Shown piece by piece: positions 63,914-64,000 of a stretch of 64,000 nt of DNA. Position 1 is the first letter of the stretch; each line of letters begins with the position of its first letter. The position numbers and the translations under genes were made by a program. This DNA is from an uncultured Gemmatimonadaceae bacterium (GTDB taxonomy: Bacteria; Gemmatimonadota; Gemmatimonadetes; Gemmatimonadales; Gemmatimonadaceae). The stretch covers positions 2,816,001-2,880,000 of the forward strand of contig CAWJMB010000002.1 in NCBI GenBank assembly GCA_963843845.1, given 5' to 3'. The notes under the pieces were generated by a model. It was not told the origin of the DNA and made no database searches. It saw nothing but the letters and a program-made list of their open reading frames with translations.

Positions 63914-64000
63914 GGCCTGAGCGTCCGGTCACGCGCGCGCCAGAGCGCGAACGTGTAGTCGACCGTCGCCGCCACGGACGTGATGCCGACCGCGGCGACG
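63910..64000 (-). CDS. C-terminal end of a membrane protein (partial)
   Basis: ...VAAVGITSVAATVDYTFALWRARDRTLRP* with TGA at 63910-63912. Confidence 0.45.
   Translation of the reverse strand, partial: VAAVGITSVAATVDYTFALWRARDRTLRP

Overview
Very GC-rich bacterial chromosomal window. Gene content (SprA-like barrel, Oar-type TonB receptor, small lineage-type hypotheticals) is most consistent with Gemmatimonadota/FCB-group bacteria; this is inferred, not searched. Bases 1-3.7 kb are the end of an apparently foreign defence island: type I R-M hsdM-hsdS plus a cN-I-type 5'-nucleotidase, bounded by TTACGAG repeats and an orphan IS3-like terminal inverted repeat. The rest looks like core genome: comEA-pilB-pilT-pilC divergent from an imuA-imuB-dnaE2 mutasome; a 2151-aa SprA-like gene head-to-head with lptF-lptG; an osmotic/ion-stress block (otsA, mscS, PDZ pseudo-protease, cation:proton antiporter, DUF2254, nhaA); mlaE-mlaD; a TonB-dependent receptor; an APC permease; ctaA-ctaB plus an ABC exporter; an M24 peptidase; a candidate biosynthetic operon (DUF92, FAD oxidoreductase, flavin reductase, methyltransferase, SRPBCC, KAS-II); aquaporin; ppa; ccmABCD; an MFS transporter; acs; a DsbA-family gene and an alpha/beta hydrolase. 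About ten genes carry single-base frameshifts, several in homopolymers, most likely long-read assembly errors. No tRNA, rRNA or CRISPR array was seen. Best leads: the SprA-like gene next to lptFG, enrichment of Bacteroidota-type O-glycosylation sequons in exported proteins, the KAS-II/SRPBCC cluster, the R-M-linked nucleotidase, and the shared competence/mutasome promoter region.
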